NCBI GenBank assembly: GCA_947258705.1
Contig: CAMYJA010000001.1
Location: 31,128-95,127 of the forward strand
Direction of reading: 5' to 3'
Length of the DNA: 64,000 bases
From: an uncultured Hyphomicrobiaceae bacterium
Lineage (GTDB): Bacteria > Pseudomonadota > Alphaproteobacteria > Rhizobiales > CAMYJA01
In this document: piece after piece, positions 21,009-31,400 of the stretch
How positions within the stretch are numbered: the first letter of the stretch is position 1
How the letters are laid out: every line of letters begins with the position of its first letter
Made by a program: the position numbers and the translations under genes
Notes under the pieces: model-generated
What the model saw: the letters and a program-made list of their open reading frames with translations, nothing else
Told to the model about the DNA's origin: nothing
The model's database searches: none

Positions 21009-22199
21009 TCAAGCCTTGCGGCTTCGGTAATAACGGTGCGGCACAAAGGGAAGATCAACTACCTCAGCGGCCAGGGTTTTACCCCGAACCAGCAAACCGA
21101 GCTCCGTGCCCGCGGCTGCAAATCCCTTCGCCACATATCCCATGGCAATTGGTCGCGACAGAGTTGGAGAAAATCCCCCTGACGTGATTTGGCCGATATT
21201 TTTTCCGTCGCCATCAACAATTGCGACACCTTCGCGGGCAGGCGCGCGTCCCAAAGGAGAAATCCCGACAAGACGCCGGTCAGCGCCTTCTTCGAGTTCC
21301 CTCATAATACGCTTATCTCCTGGAAATCCGCCATTTTCCCGTCTCCGTTTTCCAATCGACCAGGTCAAACCAGCCTCCACCGGTGACGTAGCCTCGTCGA
21401 TATCATGCCCGTAAAGGCAAAGCCCTGCCTCAAGTCTCAGGCTGTCTCGCGCCCCAAGCCCACATAGCTCAACGCCGTCTGCGGATAAGAGTTTCTCTGC
21501 GAGCGTCGCCGCATGCAAACCGGCCAGAGAAATTTCAAAGCCATCCTCACCTGTATAACCGCAGCGGCTGATCCAAACCTTGCCGTACGCACTGTCTTCA
21601 TATTTCATGATCGACATGAACGGAGCAGCCGAAACGCCCTTAAACAGCCTCTCAAGATGTGAAGCGGCCATGGGGCCCTGCACCGCAATCAATGCCTGAT
21701 CCTCAAGTTCCACAACATTCGCCGCATCGCCGATTGAGGCTTTTATATGAGCCAGATCGACTTCTTTGCGCGCCCCATTCACGACCAGAAACAACCAGTC
21801 ACGCCCGCCATCGACGCCAAGACGCGTAACCATCAAATCGTCTATTATTCCACCGTCAGAATTTGTCAGCTGGGTGTAGCGCATTCGGCCGGGCTTCAGC
21901 CCCACAATATTGCCGGGCACCAGACGCTCCATCAGCTGAGCAACGGCCTCCTCGCTGGAAATAAGAAACTGTCCCATATGAGAGACATCAAAAATCCCAA
22001 CACTCTCGCGTGCATTCAGATGTTCCTTGAGAGTTCCCAGCGGATAACTCACCGGCATGTCATAACCGGCAAAAGGCACCATCTTCGCCTGCCTTGATAT
22101 ATGCAGGTCATGGAGTGGCGTCCGGCGAAGCGATCCGGTGGACGGAACTTCAGAACCGGTGTCAGCGACCAAATTCTCTGGTGAATTTTGTGTACTCAT
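21009..22199 (-). CDS. gcvT: Glycine cleavage system aminomethyltransferase T
   Basis: GcvT-like 'RRTPLHDLH...MVPFAGYDMPVSY' and 'GYTGEDGFEI'. Start is set at the ATG at 22199, preceded by GGAG 9 nt upstream. The maximal ORF reaches 22241. Confidence 0.9.
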   Translation of the reverse strand: MSTQNSPENLVADTGSEVPSTGSLRRTPLHDLHISRQAKMVPFAGYDMPVSYPLGTLKEHLNARESVGIFDVSHMGQFLISSEEAVAQLMERLVPGNIVGLKPGRMRYTQLTNSDGGIIDDLMVTRLGVDGGRDWLFLVVNGARKEVDLAHIKASIGDAANVVELEDQALIAVQGPMAASHLERLFKGVSAAPFMSIMKYEDSAYGKVWISRCGYTGEDGFEISLAGLHAATLAEKLLSADGVELCGLGARDSLRLEAGLCLYGHDIDEATSPVEAGLTWSIGKRRRENGGFPGDKRIMRELEEGADRRLVGISPLGRAPAREGVAIVDGDGKNIGQITSGGFSPTLSRPIAMGYVAKGFAAAGTELGLLVRGKTLAAEVVDLPFVPHRYYRSRKA

Positions 22200-22257
22200 C
22201 TTTGAGCTCCGTGCCTTACAAGGGTTAAAGAGCATATTCATGGGAATACGCTCTCCG

Positions 22258-22485
22258 AGCCCCCTCTGTCACGGAACCTGAGAGATTTAGCTGCCTATGT
22301 TTTCGCCGATATTGTCTATCAGCAAGAGCACATAGCTACAGTTCTATCCCCTTCGGTGAGGTCCATCGGTTATGAAACCGACAAGCCTGCTTTCCAGAGT
22401 GCCATCAATCTGCGATCCATTTGCCTGAGAGTTTCCGGGGCGGTTGCTCCTTCGGCGCCGGCATGTCTGCCGGTCTCTCCCGCAG
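22258..22485 (-). promoter_or_regulatory. Tandem glycine riboswitch (gcvT leader)
   Basis: Minus-strand read, aptamer 1: GGGAGAGACCGGC...GCCGGCGCCGAAGGAGCAACCGCCCCGGAAACTCTCAGGCAAATGGATCGCAG. Aptamer 2: CACTCTGGAAAGCAGGC...CACCGAAGGGGATAG...TCTCAGGTTCCGTGACAGAGGGGG. Both carry the conserved GGAGAG / CCGAAGG(A/G)G / CTCAGG cores directly upstream of gcvT. Confidence 0.85.
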
Positions 22486-22603
22486 CATTCAATTGGCATG
22501 AATATTCTAATATAAAAACCTAGGCATGCATCGTCATTCTGGCAACGCCCGTCCGGTTCTATCCACTACTATTCAGCATATGTTTAGATGAGTCAATTGA
22601 CGA

Positions 22604-23230
22604 CTAGCTAGGGCTTTTGATGCGGTCAAAGGCGACAAAAATCTTATATTCCCCTGGCCGCGCCCCAACCGGAACAGGAAACGCGATACTGCGTACCACC
22701 GAAAAATACCCAATACGCTTATCCGGCGCCACATTGACGGATACTCTAACATTTTCGGTATTTATTTTTTCCCGGTCGCTATCGGTCACATAAACTTTCA
22801 CCGGAAGGTTGATGGGACCTGATTTTCCTTTGGGTCCAAGGAGCACCTGACCTGCAAATCCGTATTTAACAACAACCTGGCCTTTTTCTATACGGCATTC
22901 CCGAGCTGTTTTGGTGATTTCTCCTCGATGAACGACCGCAAAGGCATCGCCTTCACTCCCCGATTTGTAATCGTAGATGGTGAGGAGGCGGTCCCGTGGC
23001 CAAACGACAAATTTCGGACAACCATGGGCAACCAGCATACCGCCCATGGAACTGCCGCTATCTGATTTCGCGGCACTGAGAAGTTGCTCTTCCGTGATGG
23101 CGTTGACATCGTCAGGTGCGGCCGAATCGCCCCCGAACATCCCTGAACCGAATCCGGATACGAGCTGAGACATGCCGCATCCCTGTAGCCCAAGCAGCAC
23201 AGCTAATGCGAAAATACCTTTGAGTCCCAT
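22604..23230 (-). CDS. Predicted lipoprotein of unknown function
   Basis: Start is set at the ATG at 23230, giving MGLKGIFALAVLLGLQGCG with a lipobox LLGLQGC. The maximal ORF (to 23410) adds 60 aa with no signal-like features. No family recognised. Confidence 0.6.
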   Translation of the reverse strand: MGLKGIFALAVLLGLQGCGMSQLVSGFGSGMFGGDSAAPDDVNAITEEQLLSAAKSDSGSSMGGMLVAHGCPKFVVWPRDRLLTIYDYKSGSEGDAFAVVHRGEITKTARECRIEKGQVVVKYGFAGQVLLGPKGKSGPINLPVKVYVTDSDREKINTENVRVSVNVAPDKRIGYFSVVRSIAFPVPVGARPGEYKIFVAFDRIKSPS

Positions 23231-23484
23231 CCGGGAAAAACCAAAGAAGGATTGCGTCACCTTATCCCCGTCCCCATTTATTGCGAGGTTCAAATTCAAC
23301 AGACATTTTGACACAAATGGCTTCTGACAGCGGCCATCTTGATGGTGTGGCCTTGCGAATCTTTCTAGCACTTTGTAACTGAAACGGCAAAGCTTGTATG
23401 TCCTCTCCAAATGATGTTCGCTATAAAACGAGCTGAAAGTTCACCCTGTAATAGCAGTCAGCGTATATTTTTTCACAATCCGGT

Positions 23485-24462
23485 TTGCAAATGCCCCAGA
23501 AAACCAGCCGCCCAAGTCTCAAAATCCTACTGGCCGCTCCACGCGGTTTTTGCGCTGGTGTGGACAGAGCCATTCAAATCGTCGAATTGGCACTGAAGAA
23601 ATATGGCGCGCCCATCTATGTGCGCCATGAAATTGTTCATAACCGCTACGTCGTGGACAGTTTGAAGGCGAAAGGCGCCATTTTTGTGGAAGAGCTTGAT
23701 GAGATACCGGAATCTGACGCACCTGTGATATTTTCAGCTCATGGCGTGCCAAAATCCGTGCCTGATAGTGCGAGAAGGCGGAATATGTTTTTCCTGGATG
23801 CCACCTGCCCCCTGGTCTCAAAGGTTCACGTTGAAGCAGAACGGCATCATGCTCTCGGCCGGCAAATCCTTTTAATCGGTCACGCCGGACATCCTGAAGT
23901 CATCGGCACCATGGGACAATTGCCCGATGGTTCGGTAGAATTGATCGAAACCGTACAAGACGCACGGTCGGTCCAATTCAACGCGGATGCTGAAGTTGCA
24001 TATATCACGCAAACCACTCTTTCGGTGGATGACACGGAGGAGATTGTCAAAATATTGAAAGAGAGATTTCCCGACATCAGCCAGCCGCACAAGGAAGACA
24101 TTTGCTACGCCACAACCAATCGCCAGGCGGCCGTAAAGGCAATTGCCAATGCGTGCGATCTCATGATCGTTGTGGGCGCCAAAAACAGTTCAAATTCCAT
24201 GCGCCTCGTGGAGGTTGCGAAAAAGGCGGGAAGCAAACGATCCATTCTTGTGCAGCGTGCCAACGACCTGCCTTGGGCATCGTTGTCCGAGGTCAAGACC
24301 GTCGGCATCACCGCCGGCGCCTCTGCGCCGGAAGTTCTCGTGGATGAGATTATTCAGGCATTTTCCGAGAACTGGGACATCGAAGTTGAAACCGTCTTGA
24401 CCGCACGCGAAAACATAGCCTTCAACCTTCCCCGCGAACTTCGCGAAATGACGGCGGAATAA
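23485..24462 (+). CDS. ispH: 4-hydroxy-3-methylbut-2-enyl diphosphate reductase
   Basis: '[12 protein letters not shown]', 'FSAHGV', '[11 protein letters not shown]' and 'ICYATTNRQ' contain the three cluster-ligating Cys of IspH/LytB. Confidence 0.93.
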   Translation: MQMPQKTSRPSLKILLAAPRGFCAGVDRAIQIVELALKKYGAPIYVRHEIVHNRYVVDSLKAKGAIFVEELDEIPESDAPVIFSAHGVPKSVPDSARRRNMFFLDATCPLVSKVHVEAERHHALGRQILLIGHAGHPEVIGTMGQLPDGSVELIETVQDARSVQFNADAEVAYITQTTLSVDDTEEIVKILKERFPDISQPHKEDICYATTNRQAAVKAIANACDLMIVVGAKNSSNSMRLVEVAKKAGSKRSILVQRANDLPWASLSEVKTVGITAGASAPEVLVDEIIQAFSENWDIEVETVLTARENIAFNLPRELREMTAE

Positions 24463-24464
24463 TC

Positions 24465-25436
24465 ATGGCCGTCTATACGGAGGTCTCAGATGATCAGCTC
24501 CGGCAGTTCATGCAGAGCTACGACCTTGGCGAAGTCACGAGCTTCAAAGGCATTGCTGAAGGCATTGAAAACTCAAACTATCTCGTAGAGACAACCAAAG
24601 ACCGGTACATTCTCACACTATACGAGAAGCGGGTCGACGCTGAAGACCTACCCTATTTTCTAGACCTTCTCAGACATTTGGCTGACAGGGGTTTGAGCTG
24701 CCCCACGCCCTTGATCGATCTTGAGGGGCGATACCTGAAACAACTTGCCGGGCGGCCGGCAGCGCTGGTCACTTTCCTGGAGGGAATCTCGGTGAGCCGT
24801 CCCACACCTGATCATTGCTCCAAACTGGGAACCGCCCTTGCCGAGATGCACCTGGCGGGGAGCGATTTCGAGCAAACCCGAAAAAATGCTCTCTCCCTAG
24901 AGGGTTGGCAAAATCTCTTCAAGCATATATCCAGCCAGGCAGACGAAGTTGCTGAGGGACTGACCGCGGTTATCGAACGGGAGCTGGATTTTCTCGGTGA
25001 AAACTGGCCAAAAAACCTTCCGACCGGCATCATTCATGCGGACCTGTTTCCCGATAACGTATTTTTTCTCGGCGACAGGCTGACCGGTCTGATCGATTTC
25101 TATTTCGCCTGCAACGATGCCCTCGCCTATGATATCGCCATCTGCTTGAACGCCTGGTGTTTCGAGGCGCACAACGAGTTCAACACGACAAAAGCGCGAC
25201 AGCTTCTCGCCGGTTACAATCGATTGCGATCCCTCAACGCCGATGAGTGTAATGCGATGCCGGTTCTATGCCGTGGAGCGGCGTTGCGATTTTTGCTTAC
25301 GCGCACCCACGACTGGGTGCATACACCCGACAATGCCCTGGTGCGGCCTAAAAATCCGGACGAATATATAGCAAAGCTCCGCTTTCATCAGAGTGTTGCA
25401 TCGGCCCGCGAATACGGACTGGACATTCCATCATGA
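24465..25436 (+). CDS. thrB: Homoserine kinase (ThrB, aminoglycoside-phosphotransferase-fold type)
   Basis: '[13 protein letters not shown]', 'YILTLYEKR' and catalytic '[13 protein letters not shown]'. Sits between ispH and rnhA, as in many alphaproteobacteria. Confidence 0.88.
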   Translation: MAVYTEVSDDQLRQFMQSYDLGEVTSFKGIAEGIENSNYLVETTKDRYILTLYEKRVDAEDLPYFLDLLRHLADRGLSCPTPLIDLEGRYLKQLAGRPAALVTFLEGISVSRPTPDHCSKLGTALAEMHLAGSDFEQTRKNALSLEGWQNLFKHISSQADEVAEGLTAVIERELDFLGENWPKNLPTGIIHADLFPDNVFFLGDRLTGLIDFYFACNDALAYDIAICLNAWCFEAHNEFNTTKARQLLAGYNRLRSLNADECNAMPVLCRGAALRFLLTRTHDWVHTPDNALVRPKNPDEYIAKLRFHQSVASAREYGLDIPS

Positions 25437-25891
25437 GCGACAACAACAAGAAAGTCCTCATTTACACCGATGGCGCATGTTCGGGAAATCCGGGACCTGG
25501 CGGCTGGGGCGCCATATTGATCTATGGCGAGCGGCGCAAAGAAATAAAAGGCGGAGAAGCGGAAACCACGAACAACAGAATGGAACTGACTGCTGCCATA
25601 CGTGCGATCGAGGCGATTAACCGCCACTCAAAGATCGAATTGCACACCGACTCGGGCTATCTACGCGACGGCATCACCAAATGGATAAACAATTGGAAAA
25701 GAAATGGTTGGCGAACGTCGCAGAAAAAACCTGTCAAAAATGATGATTTGTGGAAAGAGCTTGATGAATTGCGAAATGAGCACGACATCAGCTGGCACTG
25801 GGTCAAGGGTCATGCCGGTCACCCGATGAACGAACGAGCCGATGAACTCGCCCGTGAAGGTATGCAACCCTTTCAATCCTTCGGGGAATAG
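25433..25891 (+). CDS. rnhA: Ribonuclease HI
   Basis: '[17 protein letters not shown]', 'TTNNRMEL', 'HTDS' and '[20 protein letters not shown]'. ATGA overlap with thrB. Confidence 0.94.
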   Translation: MSDNNKKVLIYTDGACSGNPGPGGWGAILIYGERRKEIKGGEAETTNNRMELTAAIRAIEAINRHSKIELHTDSGYLRDGITKWINNWKRNGWRTSQKKPVKNDDLWKELDELRNEHDISWHWVKGHAGHPMNERADELAREGMQPFQSFGE

Positions 25892-26059
25892 ATCCGGACC
25901 GCACCTGTCACCCCACCCCGCCGGGTCTTCCCGCCCCTCTCAGGCAGAAAGCGTCATGACGAAGACATGCTGGTTAAAGAGAATCGGCGGCGACACGTTT
26001 CATTTTTTGGCTTCTATTCCAGGCTTCGTTTCCAGCATGTCGCAGCTAATCTTGCGGGC

Positions 26060-26545
26060 TCACATATCGCCCAGCAGCTTTTCCGCGCTGCTCTCGTCAG
26101 CATTGCTGGCAACCGTTTCAAGATTAAAAATCTTCACCACGCCATCCTCGACAAGCATGGCATATCGATGTCCGCGAACACCGAGGCCGACACCCGTCAG
26201 ATCGAGATCAAGGTTGAGTGCCTTGGCAAACTCGCCATTTCCATCGGATAAAAATGTGATCTTCCCGTCGGCGCCGCTTTCGCTGCCCCAATGGGAAAGG
26301 ACAAAGACATCGTTCACTGCGGTACAGGCAATTTCATCAACGCCCCTTTCCTTGAGTTGATCGATGGCCGCCAGAAATCCCGGAAGATGCTGTAAATGAC
26401 ATGTTGGCGTATAAGCCCCTGGTACGGAAAACAGGACTACTTTCTTACCGGTAAAAAATTCATCGCTTGTGATATTACTGGGCCCCGCTTCGGTCATTAC
26501 TCCAAAAGTCGCCTGAGGCAGCCGGTCTCCGACGGAAATTGCCAT
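26060..26545 (-). CDS. Peroxiredoxin (Prx5/PrxD-like, thioredoxin fold)
   Basis: 161 aa with 'VPGAYTPTCHLQHLPGF', the peroxidatic-Cys motif (PGAxTPTC) of Prx5-type peroxiredoxins. Confidence 0.88.
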   Translation of the reverse strand: MAISVGDRLPQATFGVMTEAGPSNITSDEFFTGKKVVLFSVPGAYTPTCHLQHLPGFLAAIDQLKERGVDEIACTAVNDVFVLSHWGSESGADGKITFLSDGNGEFAKALNLDLDLTGVGLGVRGHRYAMLVEDGVVKIFNLETVASNADESSAEKLLGDM

Positions 26546-26630
26546 TCCTTCTCTCTCCTCATGTTATGCAAAAATATCTACAACAATATCAAACATGCAT
26601 CGGCTAGAAACACCAGCCGGTGTTCGAACT

Positions 26631-27539
26631 TTATTTATCGGGAACTTTCCAGCGCATCTCGGATTGACCATTCGCGCTGACAAACGTCAATGCCAGAAGT
26701 TTACCGCGAAGTAATTTTGGATCCTCGCCCTTGGCCAGATCGATACGAAAACGCATTGTTCTCCCGTCACCGAGCGGCATGCGCTCGGGCAGGCCGATAT
26801 AAAGCCCGTCGGGCGCTTCGACAAATAGATCGGCTCCATCAAGACCAGCCGGAAACTCACCTTTCACCACGAGTTCAGGGTGCGATCCAACGAGATCGAT
26901 CTCGATTTTTTTCGCTGTCGGCTGGCCGGTCAAGGCCTTCGTTACGTCTTGCGGCACTCTTTTGGAAAAAAGTTCAACCAGCTGTGCTTCCCGTGTCATT
27001 TGTACAGAGCCGGCCTGTAACGGTGCGAGCACCAATCCAAGCTTGCCCTGAACAGGAACGCAAATTTCCCGGCAAACACCATAGTCGAGACGAAGCGCCA
27101 GAGAAACGGGCGAGGCCGCCACTTTGGGTTCAACGATGACGGGCAGGACAACCTCGTCTTTGTACCCGACCGAGACACCGTCCTCGCCGGATACTCTGCT
27201 TGGCGCAGGGAACTCAACCCGCACGGATTTAACGTTCTTTGAGCCGGTCCAATCGAAATAGGGTGGCACGCCTCCCACGCCGCCCGGCGTTCGCCAATAG
27301 GTTTTCCAGCCCTGATCGAGCTTGATATGTATACCTGCGCTCAACTTGTCGACTGATGCCGGACCTCCAGGAGCGCCTGCGATTAACCGCACACGTGTGT
27401 GATACGCCTTGGTCCATGGACTTGAATTTGTTGTCAGAACAGATTGTCCCCACGCCTCACCGTTTGCGCCAGGCAATGTGAGTAACGCGGCGAACAGGAA
27501 AATCGCAAAAGCGGAAATAGTCGGAAATTTCATGGGCAT
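26631..27539 (-). CDS. Periplasmic DsbD N-terminal-domain-like (DsbD-alpha/ScsB-like) protein
   Basis: Signal peptide 'MKFPTISAFAIFLFAALLTLPGANG'. 'KTYWRTPG' and 'DYGVCREICVP' resemble the DsbD-alpha domain Cys motif. No membrane domain is present. Confidence 0.68.
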   Translation of the reverse strand: MPMKFPTISAFAIFLFAALLTLPGANGEAWGQSVLTTNSSPWTKAYHTRVRLIAGAPGGPASVDKLSAGIHIKLDQGWKTYWRTPGGVGGVPPYFDWTGSKNVKSVRVEFPAPSRVSGEDGVSVGYKDEVVLPVIVEPKVAASPVSLALRLDYGVCREICVPVQGKLGLVLAPLQAGSVQMTREAQLVELFSKRVPQDVTKALTGQPTAKKIEIDLVGSHPELVVKGEFPAGLDGADLFVEAPDGLYIGLPERMPLGDGRTMRFRIDLAKGEDPKLLRGKLLALTFVSANGQSEMRWKVPDK

Positions 27540-27784
27540 TCGGTTCCAATATTAAGGGAAGGCGCGCGCAACAAGAGCCACGTCAATCCCGGTCGCATAA
27601 GATCTAGATAAGCACATGAAAAAAAATATTCAACAATCGCGATTCGGTTTCACATCAATCAATCGCTTTACTCCAGAGGGGGAATATAAGTGCTGATCTC
27701 CAAAATTGACTGAAATTCGGTGGATTTATCCAATCTATATATTTTGTCTTCACTTTGGACCAGAACTGAGGCTAGTCTAGGATT

Positions 27785-28399
27785 ATGACTGCATCGAAGG
27801 AAACAGATTTTACCGGTACCGGCCAGAACCTGGAGGGACAATTTCTGATCGCGATGCCGAGCATTGGTGACGATAGATTTTCCCAGACGGTAATATACAT
27901 GTGCGCCCACTCGAATGAGGGTGCTATGGGGCTTGTTATCAACCAACAGGCTGAAGACATATCGTTCGATAATCTCCTCACCAAATTGGAATTATTTGGT
28001 CAGGTTGAGACATCGAAAATCACTCAACAGGCCAAAACCAATCCTGTCCATCTCGGCGGCCCGGTTGCCACGTCACGAGGATTTGTTCTTCATAGCGATG
28101 ATTATTTCATTGATGACAGCACGCTTTCAATCCGGGACGGTATCTGTCTGACATCCACTATAGATATCATACAAGCCATAGCCGACGGACAGGGACCCAG
28201 CCAATCCATCACCGCAATTGGCTATTCGGGATGGGGGCCCGGTCAGCTGGAATTTGAAGTACGGAACAATGGCTGGCTGACATGCCCGGCGGACAACAAA
28301 ATCATTTTCAAAGACAACATCCATCAAAAATATAATGATGCCCTGTCGAGTATGGGAATAGATCCGGCGTTTCTGGCGAGCGACCACGGCCACGCTTGA
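27785..28399 (+). CDS. YqgE/AlgH-family protein (UPF0301)
   Basis: 'GQFLIAMPSIGDDRFSQTVIYMCAHSNEGAMGLVIN', 'HLGGPV' and 'GYSGWGPGQLE' are the family signatures. Confidence 0.85.
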   Translation: MTASKETDFTGTGQNLEGQFLIAMPSIGDDRFSQTVIYMCAHSNEGAMGLVINQQAEDISFDNLLTKLELFGQVETSKITQQAKTNPVHLGGPVATSRGFVLHSDDYFIDDSTLSIRDGICLTSTIDIIQAIADGQGPSQSITAIGYSGWGPGQLEFEVRNNGWLTCPADNKIIFKDNIHQKYNDALSSMGIDPAFLASDHGHA

Positions 28400-28416
28400 G
28401 CGACGCTCATATCCAA

Positions 28417-31400
28417 TCACTTTGAAGCATTATCGGCCAATTTAGTAATGAGCTGCCCACGGGCCGGGCGGCCATGCTGCGCCTGATGCCGAACCTGGTC
28501 ACCGGTCGGAGCAGCGGAAGGCTGAGACGGCATTTGGCCGGGACTGGATTGAGGTCGAATTGCAGCCGTCGGCTGTGGCTGAATGTGCGAATTCTGCTGA
28601 GACCCGTTTACCGGTGCACTGGCATTAGCTGCCTCGCTTTTTTCTTCATTTTTCCTGGTGAGCGCACCGAACATTCCAGCTTTCTGCTCTCGCTTCTCAT
28701 TCTTGCGGATGAGTTTTAGAAGATCGATCACATCCCCGCCCTCCATCGGAGGCCCAAAATAATAGCCCTGTGCATAGTCGCATCCGATAGACCTGAGATA
28801 GGCAGCATCTTCTTTGGTCTCAACGCCCTCAGCGACAACGGCCTTGCCGAGCTCATGGCTGAGAACCACAATCGACTGAACAATCGCCCTTGTCTTGTCG
28901 TCCCGGCCGCAGCCGAAAACCAGCGACTTGTCGATTTTAACCGTGTCAAACGGGAACCGGTGCAAATAAGCAAGCGACGAAAACCCGGTGCCAAAATCAT
29001 CCATCGACAATCCTGCCCCCGCGCTACGCAACCATTCGAGAATTTCGACGGCTTGCTCGGGATTTTCCATCACAAGGGATTCCGTAATCTCCAGGCGCAA
29101 TGATCCTTTTGGTACCGTTTCGCGACCGAGAATATGGCGTATATCCTGAATGAGGTTTTTCCTGAACAAATCGCGGCTGGAAATATTAACGCTCACGGAA
29201 AGAGGAGAACCGGCTTTCGGCAGCACCTTCTGCCAACGTGCAGCTTCAACAGCGGAACGCCCCAGAACATGACTGCCCAGACCAGCGATAATATCTGAGT
29301 CCTCGGCAATCCCTAAAAACTCTTCCGGTTTCAGAAGTCCAAGCCCTGGATGATCCCATCTGATCAGGGCTTCAAAACCCGCGAGATCCTCCTGCGCCAG
29401 ATGCATAATCGGTTGATAGAGAATCTTGATCTGTTTTTTCTCAATCGCCTGCCGCAATTCGCTTTCGAGAGCGACGCATTCATCCTGATCGTTGCGCATA
29501 TCAGGCCTGAAGATCTCAATTCTGTCAGCACCGGATTTCTTCGCCCGGTACATGGCTATTTCCGCTTCACGCAAAACATCCTGGTGCGTTGCCTGCTGAC
29601 CGTCATAAACCGCGATGCCGATGCTGCCCGTGAGTATAATGTCATTGCCCGCAATTTTCATTGGACTGCGTAAGGAGCGGCGCAGACGCTCAGCCAGCAT
29701 TGCAATGGATCTCGGCTCGAGGCTGGTTGAAAAAAGAATGGCAAACTGATCGCCGCCCACCCTAGCCAGTGTATCCTGCGGGCCAAGATGTCGAGCGAGA
29801 CGCCGGGCCATCGTTAGCAGCATGCTGTCTCCAACAACAAGCCCGAAGGAATTGTTCACATTCTTGAAGCGGTCAATATCTATGAAAATTACTGTCGGAA
29901 ACGGCGCCCCCTCGGACTTGATTCGACCGATTGCCACCGCAAGGCGGTCGAGAAACAATTCACGGTTGGGAAGACCCGTCAGACTGTCATGAACCGCATC
30001 GTGCATGAGACGTTCGTGCGCGCGCTTATTGTCCGTCACATCCCTGAGAAGCCCCGCATATTTTATCGTCCTGTTATCACTGCTGGGCATGGCCGCGGCT
30101 TCCAGCGTAAACCATTTATATGAGCTGTCCGTCCGCCTCAATCGAAAGTCGATATTGACGCTACCTTCACCCTTTTCCTTGAACGTCTGCAACATCAGCC
30201 GAAAGCGTTCGCGGTCGATCGGATGAATATAATCTATCCAGTCGACAACACGGGTGTTTAACTCGCCATTGTTGAGCCCGAGATGATCTTCGAGGTCATG
30301 ACTGACATTGATTTCATCGCGCCGTGCATTCCATTCCCAAACCGAAGCGCCCGCCCCCTTGATCGCCTGTGATCTGATCTGCATCTGATTTGGCGGACCG
30401 CCATAAAGCCGCCCGCCCGACTTGAACGCATATTGCGTGACCGTAAAACCAATGAGAACCAAAATCAGTGCGAGCCCTGCCACCAGAGCCGAGGATACGA
30501 TTTCTCCTGACAAATGGCCAAGAACGGCGACCCCGGCACCAAACAACCAGACCAGAAACAAAAGCCAGGTCGGTACGATGGACAAGGCCCTGTCCTGTCC
30601 TCTCAGCGACAAATACAGGATCAGTATCGATCCGAGAACGGCAATGACGGAGAACGAAAATCGCGCGAAACTGGCGGCCAGACGTGGATCGAGAATTGCG
30701 CCCGTGACAATCGCCAGCTGAACGAGAATCCATACCCCGAACAACAGCCTGATCCAGCCATGCCAGACTCCAATACGCAAAAACGCATATAGAAAAATGA
30801 CGATGCTGGCGGCCATCGAGGCTTCGGCCACAGCTCGATAATAGGCATTGGTCTCAGGCGTCAGTTTAAAAATTTTATGCCAAAAGCCAAAATCAATGCA
30901 GAAATAGGCAAGAACGCTCATTGAAAGAATTGCGGAGACGGGAAAAATAAGCCGATGATTTGCTGCAAAAACAGCCACCAGAAATATCGTGAGCAGACCA
31001 ACGATACCGAGCATCATGCCGTTGAACAGAGTCCGGTTGCGCTTTTTCTTTTCAAAAGCAATCGGATTCCAGAGATGAATACGTGGAAAGCGAGTGGATG
31101 AAAGCTCGGCGATATAGGTTACCGTTTTACCGGCGCCGATTGTAACCCGGAATATATCCGCCTGATCGTCCGCTACTCTCTCAGGTACAAAACCGAGTGA
31201 AGGTGTCACGCGTTCAATCTGTCGTGCATCCAGGTCCGGCCATAACACACCCGAACCGATAATTTCATACCGGTCGACGACCATCCAGCGTTCGATGGGC
31301 TTGTCAGTCGGGTTTTTCAGAGCGAAAACGACCCAGTTTGGGCTTGTGCCCGTCACCATTGCATCAACCGACATGCGGGATGCAATACCGTCTGCCCCGG

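Noticed and set aside
25842-26360. 172-aa plus-strand ORF bridging the rnhA-peroxiredoxin convergent spacer, and a 10-bp palindrome CGTCATGACG at 25952..25961
   Set aside because: The ORF is mostly antisense to the well-supported peroxiredoxin gene and is Ser/Pro-rich. The palindrome is short and has no T-tract, so it is neither a terminator nor an identifiable operator.
27635-27644. Perfect palindrome AATCGCGATT in the DsbD-like/yqgE divergent spacer
   Set aside because: A 10-bp palindrome in 64 kb is not improbable, and no second copy or known operator consensus was recognised.
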